Assembly: GCA_963797555.1 (NCBI GenBank)
Contig: CAWCPV010000003.1
Span: 704,001-768,000 of the forward strand
Direction of reading: 5' to 3'
DNA: 64,000 nucleotides
Source: an uncultured Gammaproteobacteria bacterium
GTDB lineage: Bacteria; Pseudomonadota; Gammaproteobacteria; CAWCPV01
The position numbers and the translations under genes are program-made. The notes below the pieces were generated by a model. The model was not told where the DNA came from. It was given only the letters and a program-made list of their open reading frames with translations, and made no database searches. Of this stretch, positions 30,536 to 41,792 are shown piece after piece (positions within the stretch are counted from its first letter, which is position 1; each line of letters begins with the position of its first letter).

Positions 30536-32332
30536 ATGACCCGTAAAGCACGCCATCCCGATACTGCTGCTCTGGCCGAGTGTATCCGCGTGTCGCGCGG
30601 CGACGCGCCGGCAGACCTGGTCATCAAGGCCGCCTCGTTCCTGGATGTGTACACGGGCGCGTTTCTGACAGGAGACGTGGCGGTGCATGGCGGGTTCATC
30701 GTCGGGACGGGAGAGAGCTACCGCGGGGTCGAGGAGGTGGACGGGCGCGGCTTCTCGGTCGTGCCGGGGTTCATCGACTCCCATGTCCATATCGAGAGCA
30801 GCCTGGTCACCCCGGCGCGGTTTCAACAGGCAGTCTTGCCCCTCGGCACCACGACGGCCATCTGGGACCCCCACGAGATCGCCAACGTCCGAGGGGTGGA
30901 TGGTCTGCGCTGGGCACTGGAAGCCTCCGAGGGGCTGGTCCTCGATGTATTCGTGATGCTTTCGAGCTGCGTGCCCTCCACTAGCCCGGATCTCGCGCTG
31001 GAAACCAGCGGGGCGGAGCTGTCCGCCGCCGAGCTTCTCCGCTTCCGGGGACATCGGCGGGTCCTGGGCCTGGCGGAAATGATGAACTATCCGGGACTTC
31101 TCGCCGCGACGCCGGATGTGATGGATAAGCTGTACGCTTTCCAGGACATGCCGCGCGACGGCCACTGCCCGGGCCTGCGGGGGCGGGACCTCAACGCCTA
31201 CGGCGCCGCCGGCATCCATAGCTGCCACGAGTCGACCACCCTGGAAGAGGCGCGGGAGAAGCTGCACAAGGGCATCCACGTGCTCATCCGCGAAGGCTCG
31301 TGCGCCAAGGATGCCGACGTTTTGCTTCCGCTGCTCGACGATTACTCTTCGGCGGTCATCGCCCTGTGCAGCGACGACCGCAACCCGCTGGACACCGCAA
31401 CTCAGGGGCACATCAGCTTCATCGTCGACAAGGCGCTGCGCGCCGGCCATCGGCCGCAGAACATCTTCAGGGCCGCCAGTTTCGCCCCGGCCCAGGCCTA
31501 TGGCCTGCAGGACCGCGGCGTGGTCGCTCCGGGCTTCCTTGCAGACCTCTGTCTGGGCTCGCCCCGCGACGCTCGGGATTGGCGCTCCGGCCTCGCCATC
31601 CAGGGGGTCTACAAAGGCGGTCAACGGGTCTCGCCGGACGCGCTCGCCGCGTTCGCGGTGAGCCGGCCGGCCCCGCTCCACGATGCGGCCCGGGAACCGA
31701 ACATGCGCCTCGGACCCTGTGCCATCGAGGACTTCAGGGTCGAGACCAGCGCAGGCACGTCGCAGCGGCGGGCACGGGTGATCGGCGTGCGCGCCGGCCA
31801 GATCCTGACCGACTCCCTGCTCGCGACGCTCCCGGCTTCCGGGGGACAGGTGCTGCTGGATCCGGCACAAGACGTGCTCAAGATCGCGGTCTTCGAGCGT
31901 CACCACCGCACCGGGCGGCGGGCGATAGGCTTCGTCAAAGGATTCGGCCTCAAGCACGGCGCCATCGCCACGTCGGTGACCCATGACTGCCACAACGCCA
32001 TCGTGGTGGGGGCCGATGACGCGTCCATGGCCATCGCCCTGAACCATCTGCGCGACGTGGATGGGGGCATCGTCGTGGCCGGGGCGCAAGCCGTGCTGGA
32101 GACCCTGCCGCTGCCCGTGGCCGGACTCATGTGCGACCGCGACCCGGCAGAGGTCGCCGAGGCGCTGCGGCGGCTGAAGGCGAGCGCCTACAGCCTGGGG
32201 TGCTCCCTGGAGGAGCCGTTCCTTCAGCTCTCGTTTCTGGCGCTGCCGGTCATCCCGTCCCTCAAGATCACCGACCGCGGGCTGGTGGACGTGGTCGCGT
32301 TCCGCGCGGTCTCCCCCCTGCTGGCAGCCTGA
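30536..32332 (+). CDS. ade: Adenine deaminase
   Basis: [58 protein letters not shown]. Confidence 0.93.
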   Translation: MTRKARHPDTAALAECIRVSRGDAPADLVIKAASFLDVYTGAFLTGDVAVHGGFIVGTGESYRGVEEVDGRGFSVVPGFIDSHVHIESSLVTPARFQQAVLPLGTTTAIWDPHEIANVRGVDGLRWALEASEGLVLDVFVMLSSCVPSTSPDLALETSGAELSAAELLRFRGHRRVLGLAEMMNYPGLLAATPDVMDKLYAFQDMPRDGHCPGLRGRDLNAYGAAGIHSCHESTTLEEAREKLHKGIHVLIREGSCAKDADVLLPLLDDYSSAVIALCSDDRNPLDTATQGHISFIVDKALRAGHRPQNIFRAASFAPAQAYGLQDRGVVAPGFLADLCLGSPRDARDWRSGLAIQGVYKGGQRVSPDALAAFAVSRPAPLHDAAREPNMRLGPCAIEDFRVETSAGTSQRRARVIGVRAGQILTDSLLATLPASGGQVLLDPAQDVLKIAVFERHHRTGRRAIGFVKGFGLKHGAIATSVTHDCHNAIVVGADDASMAIALNHLRDVDGGIVVAGAQAVLETLPLPVAGLMCDRDPAEVAEALRRLKASAYSLGCSLEEPFLQLSFLALPVIPSLKITDRGLVDVVAFRAVSPLLAA

Positions 32333-32385
32333 TCTCGTCGGGCCGCGGGCGAACGGCCTGCGAGACGGAAGGTCCGTTCGCGCCC
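32138..32385 (+). repeat. ~248 bp direct repeat, copy 1 (ade 3' end and antisense hsp70 3' end)
   Basis: Near-identical to 33188-33435. Confidence 0.9.
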
Positions 32386-32544
32386 ACGGGCAGCTCGCTG
32401 CCTCCCCCGACCACATACAGGCTCGCCTCCATCTTTGTCCCCGCGCTCGCTGAATCGCGGAGCGCGCCAGTGGCCCGCCCAACCGCGCACCGGTTCGTCC
32501 CTGACGTTATGCTAGACTCTGAATCGCACAGGAGAAATCCAACG

Positions 32545-33114
32545 ATGGCCACTACCGCTGAATCCCTGCTTCAGCGCCACCGTATTACGGTCGGGGATTA
32601 TCACAGAATGGGCGAAGTCGGCATCCTCGCCCCCGACGCCAGGGTGGAGCTGATCGACGGGGAGATCATCGACATGCCTCCTACCGGGAGCCTACACGCG
32701 GGGAAAGTCAAGATCCTGCTGAACCGTCTCACACCCGCCGTGGCGGGGCGCGCCATCGTCGCGGTTCAGGATCCCCTGATTCTCGGGTCGGACACCGAAC
32801 CCCAGCCGGACCTGATGCTGCTCCAGCCGCGGCCTGACTTCTATCAGGCCAGCCACCCGCACGCCGCCGACGTGCTGCTCGTCATCGAGGTAGCCGAGTC
32901 CTCGCTCGCCTATGACCGGGACGTCAAACTGCCCCGGTATGCGCGCCAAGGGATCCCTGAGGCATGGTTGATCGACGTGGAGCAGAACGAGATCACCGTG
33001 CACCGCCAACCGGCGCCAGATGGCTATCGGGAAGTGACTCGCCTCGAACCGCCCTATCGCATCGCGCCGGTGACGATCCCCGACATCGAGCTGAATCTCG
33101 GCGAAGTGGTGTAA
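32545..33114 (+). CDS. Uma2 family endonuclease
   Basis: [35 protein letters not shown]. Confidence 0.9.
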   Translation: MATTAESLLQRHRITVGDYHRMGEVGILAPDARVELIDGEIIDMPPTGSLHAGKVKILLNRLTPAVAGRAIVAVQDPLILGSDTEPQPDLMLLQPRPDFYQASHPHAADVLLVIEVAESSLAYDRDVKLPRYARQGIPEAWLIDVEQNEITVHRQPAPDGYREVTRLEPPYRIAPVTIPDIELNLGEVV

Positions 33115-33187
33115 AAGCGGTGGGGTACGAGCGGAGGCTTCAGCGGGCGGGAGACACCCGCATCCTGTAATCCGCGACAATGGAGTG

Positions 33188-33435
33188 CGCGACCCGGCAG
33201 AGGTCGCCGAGGCGCTGCGGCGGCTGAAGGCGCGCGCCTACAGCCTGGGGTGCTCGCTGGAGGAGCCGTTCCTTCAGCTCTCGTTTCTGGCGCTGCCGGT
33301 CATCCCGTCCCTCAAGATCACCGACCGCGGGCTGGTGGACGTGGTCGCGTTCCGTGCGGTCTCCCCCCTGCTGGCAGCCTGATCCAGTCGGGCACCGGGC
33401 GAACGGCCTGCGAGATGGAAGGTCCGTTCGCGCCC
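33188..33435 (+). repeat. ~248 bp direct repeat, copy 2
   Basis: Encodes a duplicate ade C-terminus ([10 protein letters not shown]...LLAA). Confidence 0.9.
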
Positions 33436-34932
33436 GCTCCCCCGATCCGCGATGGTCACCGTCAAGATGCCGTTCGCGTCGCATTGGTAGCGTTCCTGTA
33501 CGAGGTGAGGCGCCACCTGCCCGCGGCGCTGCACCGCAACACGGGACAGGTTGTCCTCCTCCCAGAGACCGCCATCGAAGGGGAAGTAAATCTCGTCCCA
33601 AGGCGTGATGTCCCCCGCCGGCCGGCCGTCTTCGACCCGACCGCATTCCAGATAGCGAAAGTGCCCGAGATTATGCGCTGGGCGGTAGGCACGGGTGTGC
33701 ACCAAGGGACGGCCGTCGGCCGGCGGCAGCGGCGTCCCCTTGGGGAAGATGGGGTCGAAGACGATCGTGCGCCCCGCGTCGGCCTCGCGCCACACGCCGA
33801 AATGGCGGGTGAAGCGTTCCCTTATGGTGGAAGGGACATCGGCATCTGCTGCGATGGCCAGGCCCACGGCCGTGGCCGCATGCGGATACGCCGACCGGCG
33901 GACCTTGCGCCCATGCCACTCCCGAAGCATGCGGCCGACCAGGGGCAGCTCGCTGCCTCCCCCGACCACATACAGGCTCGCCACCTGCTCGCCGTTTATG
34001 CCCGCGGCCTCCGCCTGGGCCAGGGCCGACTCGACCGCGTCCAGACTGCGCTGCACCAACGGAGCGCAGCGCGCATAGAATTCCGCGGCACCGACCACGA
34101 CCTGCCCTCTATCGGGAAACGCGACGCTCAGGTCGACGACGATCCTGCGCGTGTTCGGATGCAGCGCCTCTTTCTTCTGCCGGCACTCCTCCAGGAGCCG
34201 GAAGCGGGCTGCCTGGGACAGATGGGGCTCACCGCCCGCCGCCTCCACCGCCATCTCCAAGAGCGCTGCATCGAAGTCGTCGCCGCCGAGCCGGGCGATC
34301 CCCTGGTCCGCGAGGACCTCGTACCGATGGCCGCCCATGCCGATCAGCGAAACATCGAAGGTGCCGCCGCCCAAGTCATAGACCAGCAGATATTCCTGGC
34401 GGCCCTTCGCGCTCTTCGATCGGTAGCGGTGGGCGTATTCGATGCCGGCCGCAGTGGGCTCGTTGACGAGGGCGAGCACCGTGAAGCCGGCGCGGCGGAA
34501 TGCTTCCAGGGTCAGGAAGCGCTGGTTGTTATTGGCGTTCGCGGGGACGGCTACGAAGGCCTCCAGAGCCTCGCTCCCTTCCAGGTCCAGGTTGGAGCGC
34601 TCCTGAAGGTCACGCCGCAACTGTCCCAGGTAGGCCGCCAGAAGCTGCAATGCGGGCATCGCCGCCTCCCCGACCTGCACCGCCGTGTCGACCGCGCTCG
34701 TCGGCAGCAGTCGTTTCATGGACCGCAGCGGTACCCAGTGGGGGTCGTCGGTGCGCTCCAGGGCATCCAACCCGAATGCCCACTGGCGGCCGCGCGTTGC
34801 CACCAAAGACGGGTACCAGTCCAAAGTGTCTCCGCTGCGGCAGTGGAAGTTGACCACGGGGTAATTGCCCCGATCGACTGCAGCCACAACCGTGCGCGTG
34901 GTACCGAAATCAATCCCCAGCCGCATATTCAC
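33274..34932 (-). CDS. Hsp70/DnaK-like protein (non-canonical)
   Basis: [35 protein letters not shown]. Confidence 0.88.
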   Translation of the reverse strand: MNMRLGIDFGTTRTVVAAVDRGNYPVVNFHCRSGDTLDWYPSLVATRGRQWAFGLDALERTDDPHWVPLRSMKRLLPTSAVDTAVQVGEAAMPALQLLAAYLGQLRRDLQERSNLDLEGSEALEAFVAVPANANNNQRFLTLEAFRRAGFTVLALVNEPTAAGIEYAHRYRSKSAKGRQEYLLVYDLGGGTFDVSLIGMGGHRYEVLADQGIARLGGDDFDAALLEMAVEAAGGEPHLSQAARFRLLEECRQKKEALHPNTRRIVVDLSVAFPDRGQVVVGAAEFYARCAPLVQRSLDAVESALAQAEAAGINGEQVASLYVVGGGSELPLVGRMLREWHGRKVRRSAYPHAATAVGLAIAADADVPSTIRERFTRHFGVWREADAGRTIVFDPIFPKGTPLPPADGRPLVHTRAYRPAHNLGHFRYLECGRVEDGRPAGDITPWDEIYFPFDGGLWEEDNLSRVAVQRRGQVAPHLVQERYQCDANGILTVTIADRGSGRERTFHLAGRSPGARLDQAASRGETARNATTSTSPRSVILRDGMTGSARNES

Positions 34933-35215
34933 CTCGGTTTACCGCAAATGGCCCGTGCCGGGCGGATCCGACTATCATCATGCACTGGTGCCCATGCTAA
35001 CGTATTCGCCCGCGCCGTTGCACCGCGGGAGAACCCTAGCCCGCCCCAGTCGTGCGCGGCAGACGGCAGAATAGCGCAGCCGGGCTGGCCGGGCGTGGTC
35101 GCAGCGTGACGGGCTCCGGCGACTCTTTGGACACGACGAGTCGGGTCTGACGCTGGGGAGAAATTATCGTCGCGCGCGGCCCGAGAACAAGGCGCACGGA
35201 GGCCAGCGGCGAGAC

Positions 35216-35361
35216 CTATCCGGATTGAGAGCCGAGGAGCGACCGGATGGCAGGACTGCCGTTCGGCACGTCCGCAGGACGCCCCGGAAGGGGGGGCGTA
35301 CAGGGAGGTCCGCCATGACCACCGCGCAGCGCCGCTATCGGGACGCGCAGCAGATTCATTG
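35216..35361 (+). repeat. Dispersed GGA-hairpin repeat, copy B
   Basis: GATGGCAGGACTGCCGTTC and GGCGTACAGGGAGGTCCGCC hairpins. Confidence 0.8.
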
Positions 35362-35409
35362 ACAGGCTCTCGGGACCCCTCCCGGGCCTTCACACGCCAC
35401 GAGGCGCCT

Positions 35410-36189
35410 TTGCAGACCTCCGAAGGACTCACGCAGCGCGTGAGCTTCCCCGGACACCGGGGCAACCTGCTCGCGGCGCGCATGGAGCGGCCGGCCGGAG
35501 CACCGCTCGCTCACGCGCTCTTCGCGCACTGCTTTGCCTGCTCCAAGGACAGCCTGGCGGCGGTCCGCATCTCCAGGGCGCTGGCCGCTCGCGGCGTGGC
35601 GGTCTTGAGATTCGACTTCACCGGGCTCGGCGGCAGTGAGGGAGACTTCGCCAACACCAACTTCTCCTCCAATGTGGAGGACCTCTTGCAGGCCACCGCC
35701 TTTCTGCGCGAGCTGTCCGAGGCGCCAAAGCTCCTCATCGGGCACAGCTTCGGAGGCTCCGCCGTGCTGGCCGCCGCCGGAGAAATCCCCGAGGCCCAGG
35801 CGGTCGCCACCATCGGAGCGCCCTGCAGTCCGGCGCACCTCCGTCACCTGTTGACCGCGATCGAGCCGCAGATCGATGGGCAAGACGAAGTGGAGGTACG
35901 CCTGGCAGGGCGTGCGTTCCGCATCCGGCAGCAGTTGCTCGAAGACATCGACGAGCAGAGGCTGCTCCCGAGGATCCATGACCTGGGCAAGACGCTGATG
36001 GTCTTCCACGCGCCCCAGGACGAGATCGTCGACATCGAACGCGCGTTGCGCCTGTTTGAAGCCGCTCGCCACCCGAAGAGCTTCGTCTCGCTCGAGGGAG
36101 CGGACCATTTGCTATCGAGGGAGCAGGACGCCGTCTTCGTGGCCGAAGTGTTGGCTGCCTGGGCCAAGCGGCATCTTCTGGAGCACTAA
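35410..36189 (+). CDS. Alpha/beta hydrolase (OsmC-fusion N-terminal type)
   Basis: ALFAHCFACSKD, RFDFTGLG, GHSFGG, KSFVSLEGADHL. Confidence 0.88.
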   Translation: MQTSEGLTQRVSFPGHRGNLLAARMERPAGAPLAHALFAHCFACSKDSLAAVRISRALAARGVAVLRFDFTGLGGSEGDFANTNFSSNVEDLLQATAFLRELSEAPKLLIGHSFGGSAVLAAAGEIPEAQAVATIGAPCSPAHLRHLLTAIEPQIDGQDEVEVRLAGRAFRIRQQLLEDIDEQRLLPRIHDLGKTLMVFHAPQDEIVDIERALRLFEAARHPKSFVSLEGADHLLSREQDAVFVAEVLAAWAKRHLLEH

Positions 36190-36255
36190 CCGCCCCTCGC
36201 TGCGCAATCGGCAGCGCGTTGGGCGGGCACTAAAAGGCTTTCCGCGGGGCCGACG

Positions 36256-36477
36256 TCAGCCCTCGTCGATCATGTTGTCGGTGGGGTTGTCCAAGTTCAC
36301 ATGGTGGTCGATCGGGTGCTCGACCTCGATGTCTAGATACTGCTGTTTGGTGCCTTCGGACTCGAAATAGATCACCAAGTCGTCGGCCGTACCCTCGCCC
36401 TCGACGACGTAGGGCTTTCCGGGAAGATCTTCGATATCCCGGCGGCTGATCGGATCCGTCGTCTCGATTCTGTGCAT
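36256..36477 (-). CDS. Small acidic hypothetical protein
   Basis: RBS GGAGG; TDPIS..PYVVEG..IYFESE. Confidence 0.65.
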   Translation of the reverse strand: MHRIETTDPISRRDIEDLPGKPYVVEGEGTADDLVIYFESEGTKQQYLDIEVEHPIDHHVNLDNPTDNMIDEG

Positions 36478-36673
36478 GGCGTGAACCTCCTCCGTGGAGC
36501 CTGACGGTGTATGGTCATTCAACTCCACCGGTCTATTGTATAGATTATCCGACTCCCTCCGTCAACAATTGGTTTTTCTTGGCCAGCCTCGGCGCATCTG
36601 CGCCTATCGCTCCTCGTCCGCCGGGACGGTCTTGCCATTCGCGTGCGGCGCCGCCTGCTCGCTCACAGCTCGC

Positions 36674-39600
36674 CTATCTACTCGATATACCCGTGTCTTG
36701 CTCCGGGGCGCCGCGCTGACCTTGATCGAGACGTTCCTCGGCAACCTCTGGGTCCTGTCGGGCCGTGGGAATGGCGCCTTCGGATGCCTGGTCGGCGGAC
36801 TCGGTGTGGGGCATGTCCTGCAACTGTTGTGGGGCCGAGCGCGCGCCGACCTGCACCAAGTTGCGCAGCTCGCCGATCGCCACCGCGAACATCGGCAGCT
36901 CTGTCGTTCCGGCCGCCTTGATCTCGCTGATGACCTGCAGCACACGCTCCACCGCGTGGCGGTGGGTCTCGGCCCAAGCGGCGACGGCGTCACGCGGCGA
37001 GCCGAACGAACCGGCGTGGCGCAGCACGGCCGCGGTCAATGCCCGCCGCTGCAGGTAGAGCTGGTCCTCCAGGGCCGACCGCCCCCTGCCCTGCCATCGG
37101 TTGATGGCCGGCGCCCCGCTCAACTGGTCGCTCAGCCAGGAGAGATTCAAGAGGGCCCCCACGCCGGTATAGACAGCCGCAACGTCCTCCGCCGGGAGGC
37201 CACGTTCGTGAGCCACCTCGATGACGTTGAGGGCCGAGAACAGGTACTCCAGACACGCGACCCGAGTGGCCAGAGGCTCGGGAACCCCCGATTCCACCAG
37301 CGGGCGGACCTCTTGCCGCAGACGCTCCGCGTCGGCCGGATACAGCGACCCGCCTCGTGCGGCGGTGAGGCGAGCGACCCCGGGGGAATAGCGCGCGATG
37401 GCCTCCGCGATGTCCGCAAGCCCGCGGCCGTGGTGCAACAGCCACAGCGCAGCACGCTCCGCCAGCGCGGTGGTGCGGCGCATCATGTCGAGCTGCCGGC
37501 GGGCGGGAACTACGTTATCGAGTGCCGCGATCTCCTGCCACAGTTCGCCCAGACCGAACACCTCTCTGGCCACCGTGTAAGCCCGAACGGTGTCGCGTAT
37601 CGTGGCGCCATGGTCCTCCTGCACGCGGAAAGCGAAGGTGGGACCGAGATGGTCGACCATGCAATTGGTCAGGTAGGCCGTGATGATCTCGCGCCGCAGC
37701 GGGTGCCGATTCATCTCCCGCGCGAACCGCTGCCGAAGCGGAGTCGGGAAGTAGCGCTTGAGGTCCTCACCCAGGTAAGCACCCTCCGGAAGGTCCGAGT
37801 CCACCAGAGCCTGCTGGATCGAATCCTTGGCGTGAGCCAGCAGCAGCGCGATCTCCGGCCGCGTGAGGCCGCGGCCGGCGGCCTGGCGTTCGCTCAGGTC
37901 CTCGTCGCTCGGGAGACCGTCCAGAGCCCGGTTCAGGACGCCGGCGCGATCCAGGGCGCGGATGAAGCGGCCGTGCTCCTCCAGCCGGGCGGCGGCCTCG
38001 GACTCCACCACGCTGATGGCTCCGGTCTGCCAGTAGCTCTCCCGCAGGACCAGCCCGGTCACTTCGTCTTTCATTTGCGCGAGAAGCTGGTTGCGCTGCT
38101 TGACCGTCATGTCCCCGTTGGCCACGACCTGATCGAGCAGGATCTTGATGTTGACCTCGTAGTCCGAACAGTGCACGCCGCCGACGTTGTCGATGAAGTC
38201 GGTGTTGATGCGTCCGCCGGCCGCCGCGTACTCGATCCGCCCCGCCTGAGTGAAGCCCAGATTGCCCCCTTCGGCGACCACCCGGCAGCGCAGCTCCTCC
38301 CCGTTGACACGCACCGGGTCGTCGGCCCGGTCCCCCGCTTCGCTGTGGCTTTGGCTGCGGCTCTTCACGAAGGTGCCGATGCCCCCATTCCAGAGCAGAT
38401 CGACGGGCGCCCGGAGAATGGCTCGGATCAGCTCGTTCGGAGTCAGCGCCTCGACCGCGTTGTCCAGTGCCCGGCGGACCTCGGGGGACAGTCGGATCAG
38501 CTTGGCACCCCGCGGGAATACGCCGCCTCCGGGGGAGATCAGGGCAGCATCGTAGTCCGCCCAGGTTGATCTGGGCAGCTTGAATAGACGGCGGCGCTCC
38601 TCATAGCCGGTCCCGGGATTCGGACTCGGATCGAGAAAGATGTGCCGGTGGTCGAAGGCGGCGACGAGCTTGATGCGGCGCGACAGGAGCATTCCGTTGC
38701 CGAACACGTCGCCGGACATATCGCCGATGCCGGCCACGGTGAAGTCGCCACCTTCGATGTCCCGACCGATCTCGCGGAAGTGGCGTTTGACGGCCTCCCA
38801 GGCGCCCCGCGCGGTGATCCCCATGCGCTTGTGGTCGTACCCGGTGGCGCCGCCGGAGGCAAATGCGTCGCGCAGCCAGAAACGGTACTCGCGGGCCAGG
38901 TCGTTGGCGATGTCGGAGAATGCCGCGGTTCCCTTGTCCGCCGCCACGACCAGATACGGGTCATCGCCGTCGTAACGCACCACGCCCTTCGGCGGTCGGC
39001 TCTTTGCGCCCACCACGTTGTCCGTGAGGTCCAGGAGGCCGCGGATGAAGGTGCGGTAACAGGCGACCACCTCGGCGTCCAGGGCATCCCTGTCGCTTCC
39101 GGGCGGCTGCTTGACCACGAAACCGCCCTTCGCTCCGGTGGGCACGATCACCGCGTTCTTGACCATTTGGGCCTTCATCAGGGCCAGAACCTCGGTACGG
39201 TAGTCCTCGCGCCGGTCCGACCAGCGGATGCCGCCCCTGGCCACTCTGCCCCCGCGCAAGTGGACCCCTTCCACGCGGGGCGAATACACGAAGATCTCGA
39301 ATCTCGGCCGCGGGGGCGGGAGATCCGGGACCAGGGACGGGTCCAGCTTGAAGGCCAGATACGGCTTGGGCTCGCCATCGGGCGTCGGCTGATAGTAGTT
39401 GGTCCGCAATCCGGCCTGAATCAGGGCCAGAAACCCGCGCAGGATGCGGTCTTCATCCGGGCTCGCTACGGCATCGAGGGACTCCTGCAGCCGGGCGACC
39501 AGACGCGCCCTGCGCGCTGCCGGCCGCTTCTGCTCCCTCGGGTCGAACCGGGCATGGAACAGGGTCACGAGCAGCCGCGCCACCCGAGGGTTGTCGGCCA

Positions 39601-41662
39601 GGACCTGCTCCATGTAGGGCTGACTGAAGGTCGTGCCGGCCTGGCGCAAGTATTTGCAGCACGCCCGCAGGACCACAATCTCGCGCCACGTGAGCCCGGC
39701 GCGCAGCACCAGGCGGTTGAAGCCGTCGTTCTCCGCATCGCCGCGCCACACACGCGCGAAGGCATCCTGGAAAACGCCTCGCAGGTCCTCGGTCTCGAGC
39801 TGCCCCGCGTCCTCATAGGCCAGGCCGAAGTCGTGCAGCCACGCCGGCAGCCGGCCTTGGGGCCGGATTGCGTAAGGGCGCTCTTCCATCACCCGCACGC
39901 CCATGTTCTCGATCATCGGCAGGGCCACCGAGAGGGGAACGGGCTGACCGCCGGCGAATACCTTGAAGCGCAGCAGCCCCTCGGGCGCATCCGCAGGACG
40001 ATAAAGGCTCATCTCCAACTCGCCGATGGCCTCGAGGCGCTCGAGCCGCTCCAGGTCGTGCAGTGCCGCGTGGGCGGGGAAGTCTTCCCGATAACCGACC
40101 GGAAACGCGTCCTGGTAACGGGCTAGCAACGCGTTACCGCGCTCCTCGCCGAAGTGCCCCAGCACCAGATCATGCAGGTCGTCGTGCCAACGGCGTGTAG
40201 CTTTCAGCAGGCGCGCTTCGAGGTCCTTGATGTCGTATTGCGGCACCGTCCCAAGCGTGCTGTGGATGGTGAAGTACACCCGCGCCAGCACCGATTCCGA
40301 GAGCTGGACGGTGAACTCCGAGCTGTTCCCGCTCAGCGCCTGCATGAGCACCCGCTCCATGCGGCGGCGGGCGTCCGTGTCGTAATGGTCCCTGGGGACA
40401 TAGACGATGCAGGAGTAGAACCGGCCGTAGGTCTCGCGCCGCACGAACAGCCTGATGCGCTGGCGCTCCCCGAGGTGCAGGATGCCCATCGCGTTGTCGT
40501 AAAGCTCCTGCTCCGCGATCTGGAACAAGTCGTCCCGAGGATAGGTCTCCAGGATGTGCAGCAAATGGCGGCCATCGTAGCCGCTGGGAGACAAGCCCGC
40601 CCGGGCCATCACCGCGCCGACCTTGCGGCGCACCAGCGGGACGGTCCACGGGTCGCTGTGGTAGGCCGAAGCGGTGTAGAGGCCGAGGAAGCGGTGCTCC
40701 CCGACCAGGCGGCCTCGGTCATCGAAACGCTTGACCCCCAGGTAGTCCATGTATACGGGGCGGTGCACGGTCGCCGGATAGTTGGCCTTGGTCAGGATGA
40801 GCAGGGGGAAGTCGTGGAACCGCTTGCGCATCTCCACGGGCAAGGCCGCGAAAATCTGCGACCGGGGACTCTTGCCCCCTCGACGCGAAATCCCCAGCTC
40901 GGAGCCCGCCACCGCGATCAGCGCGTCCTCGCCGTCCTCCTCCACCAGCGCGAACTCCCGGTAGCCGAGGAAAGTGAAGTGGTCGTCCGCGATCCAGCGC
41001 AGGAATGCCTTGGCTTCCTCCAGCTCTTCGGGGTCGCTCGGCGGAGGATGGCGCTCCAGCTCCGACACGATCTCGGCGGCCTTGGCCCGCATCGGATGCC
41101 AGTCGGAGACGGCGGCCCGCACGTCATCCAGGACGCGCCCCAACTCCCCTTCGAGGGCGTCGAGGATGTGGTCCGGCTGGCGGTCGACCTCGAGGTGCAT
41201 GACGGACTCCTGGAGCGCGCCCGCGCCCTTCGCTGGGTAAGCCGTCAGGCGGCCCTTGCGGTCCCGGCACAGGGTCAGCACCGGGTGAATCGTCAGGTGG
41301 ACGGTCAGACCGCGGCGGTTGAGCGCCATGCGGACCGATTCCAGCAGGAAGCGCATGTCGTCCGTCACGATTTCCGCAACGGTGTGGGTGGACTCCCAGC
41401 CGTGGGGCTCGAACTTGGGGTTGTAGACGTGGACCTTCGCCGTACCCGGCTCCCGCACGCGCAGGAAGTTCCACATGAACAGGGCCGCCCCATAGAGGTT
41501 CAAGGGATCTCGCCCGACCAGGTCCTCCGGATCCAGCATGCCGTAATAGGTCCGGACGAAATCCTCCACCGAGGAAACTTGATCCGCCGGGAGTCTGGAT
41601 CGGAGCTGGGCCACGACCCGTTGGATGGTGTCCGCCTTGCGGTCTTCGGGTGTGAGCGTCAT
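36674..41662 (-). CDS. gdhB: Large NAD-specific glutamate dehydrogenase
   Basis: VARGGIRWSDR, KAQMVKNAVIVP, YLVVAADKGTA, GIGDMSGDVFGNG, LLWNGGIGT; 1662 aa. Confidence 0.95.
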   Translation of the reverse strand: MTLTPEDRKADTIQRVVAQLRSRLPADQVSSVEDFVRTYYGMLDPEDLVGRDPLNLYGAALFMWNFLRVREPGTAKVHVYNPKFEPHGWESTHTVAEIVTDDMRFLLESVRMALNRRGLTVHLTIHPVLTLCRDRKGRLTAYPAKGAGALQESVMHLEVDRQPDHILDALEGELGRVLDDVRAAVSDWHPMRAKAAEIVSELERHPPPSDPEELEEAKAFLRWIADDHFTFLGYREFALVEEDGEDALIAVAGSELGISRRGGKSPRSQIFAALPVEMRKRFHDFPLLILTKANYPATVHRPVYMDYLGVKRFDDRGRLVGEHRFLGLYTASAYHSDPWTVPLVRRKVGAVMARAGLSPSGYDGRHLLHILETYPRDDLFQIAEQELYDNAMGILHLGERQRIRLFVRRETYGRFYSCIVYVPRDHYDTDARRRMERVLMQALSGNSSEFTVQLSESVLARVYFTIHSTLGTVPQYDIKDLEARLLKATRRWHDDLHDLVLGHFGEERGNALLARYQDAFPVGYREDFPAHAALHDLERLERLEAIGELEMSLYRPADAPEGLLRFKVFAGGQPVPLSVALPMIENMGVRVMEERPYAIRPQGRLPAWLHDFGLAYEDAGQLETEDLRGVFQDAFARVWRGDAENDGFNRLVLRAGLTWREIVVLRACCKYLRQAGTTFSQPYMEQVLADNPRVARLLVTLFHARFDPREQKRPAARRARLVARLQESLDAVASPDEDRILRGFLALIQAGLRTNYYQPTPDGEPKPYLAFKLDPSLVPDLPPPRPRFEIFVYSPRVEGVHLRGGRVARGGIRWSDRREDYRTEVLALMKAQMVKNAVIVPTGAKGGFVVKQPPGSDRDALDAEVVACYRTFIRGLLDLTDNVVGAKSRPPKGVVRYDGDDPYLVVAADKGTAAFSDIANDLAREYRFWLRDAFASGGATGYDHKRMGITARGAWEAVKRHFREIGRDIEGGDFTVAGIGDMSGDVFGNGMLLSRRIKLVAAFDHRHIFLDPSPNPGTGYEERRRLFKLPRSTWADYDAALISPGGGVFPRGAKLIRLSPEVRRALDNAVEALTPNELIRAILRAPVDLLWNGGIGTFVKSRSQSHSEAGDRADDPVRVNGEELRCRVVAEGGNLGFTQAGRIEYAAAGGRINTDFIDNVGGVHCSDYEVNIKILLDQVVANGDMTVKQRNQLLAQMKDEVTGLVLRESYWQTGAISVVESEAAARLEEHGRFIRALDRAGVLNRALDGLPSDEDLSERQAAGRGLTRPEIALLLAHAKDSIQQALVDSDLPEGAYLGEDLKRYFPTPLRQRFAREMNRHPLRREIITAYLTNCMVDHLGPTFAFRVQEDHGATIRDTVRAYTVAREVFGLGELWQEIAALDNVVPARRQLDMMRRTTALAERAALWLLHHGRGLADIAEAIARYSPGVARLTAARGGSLYPADAERLRQEVRPLVESGVPEPLATRVACLEYLFSALNVIEVAHERGLPAEDVAAVYTGVGALLNLSWLSDQLSGAPAINRWQGRGRSALEDQLYLQRRALTAAVLRHAGSFGSPRDAVAAWAETHRHAVERVLQVISEIKAAGTTELPMFAVAIGELRNLVQVGARSAPQQLQDMPHTESADQASEGAIPTARQDPEVAEERLDQGQRGAPEQDTGISSR

Positions 41663-41792
41663 GAGAGCAAAACGTCAGTCCAGAGCACTCCGGGGCCTGC
41701 GCATCGCGCTTGGCGTGTCGCGACGCAGCCTGCATACAGCCTAGCACGGGTCGCCGGCGCGCCAGGCAGAACAGCCTCTGCGAGGACGCGAC

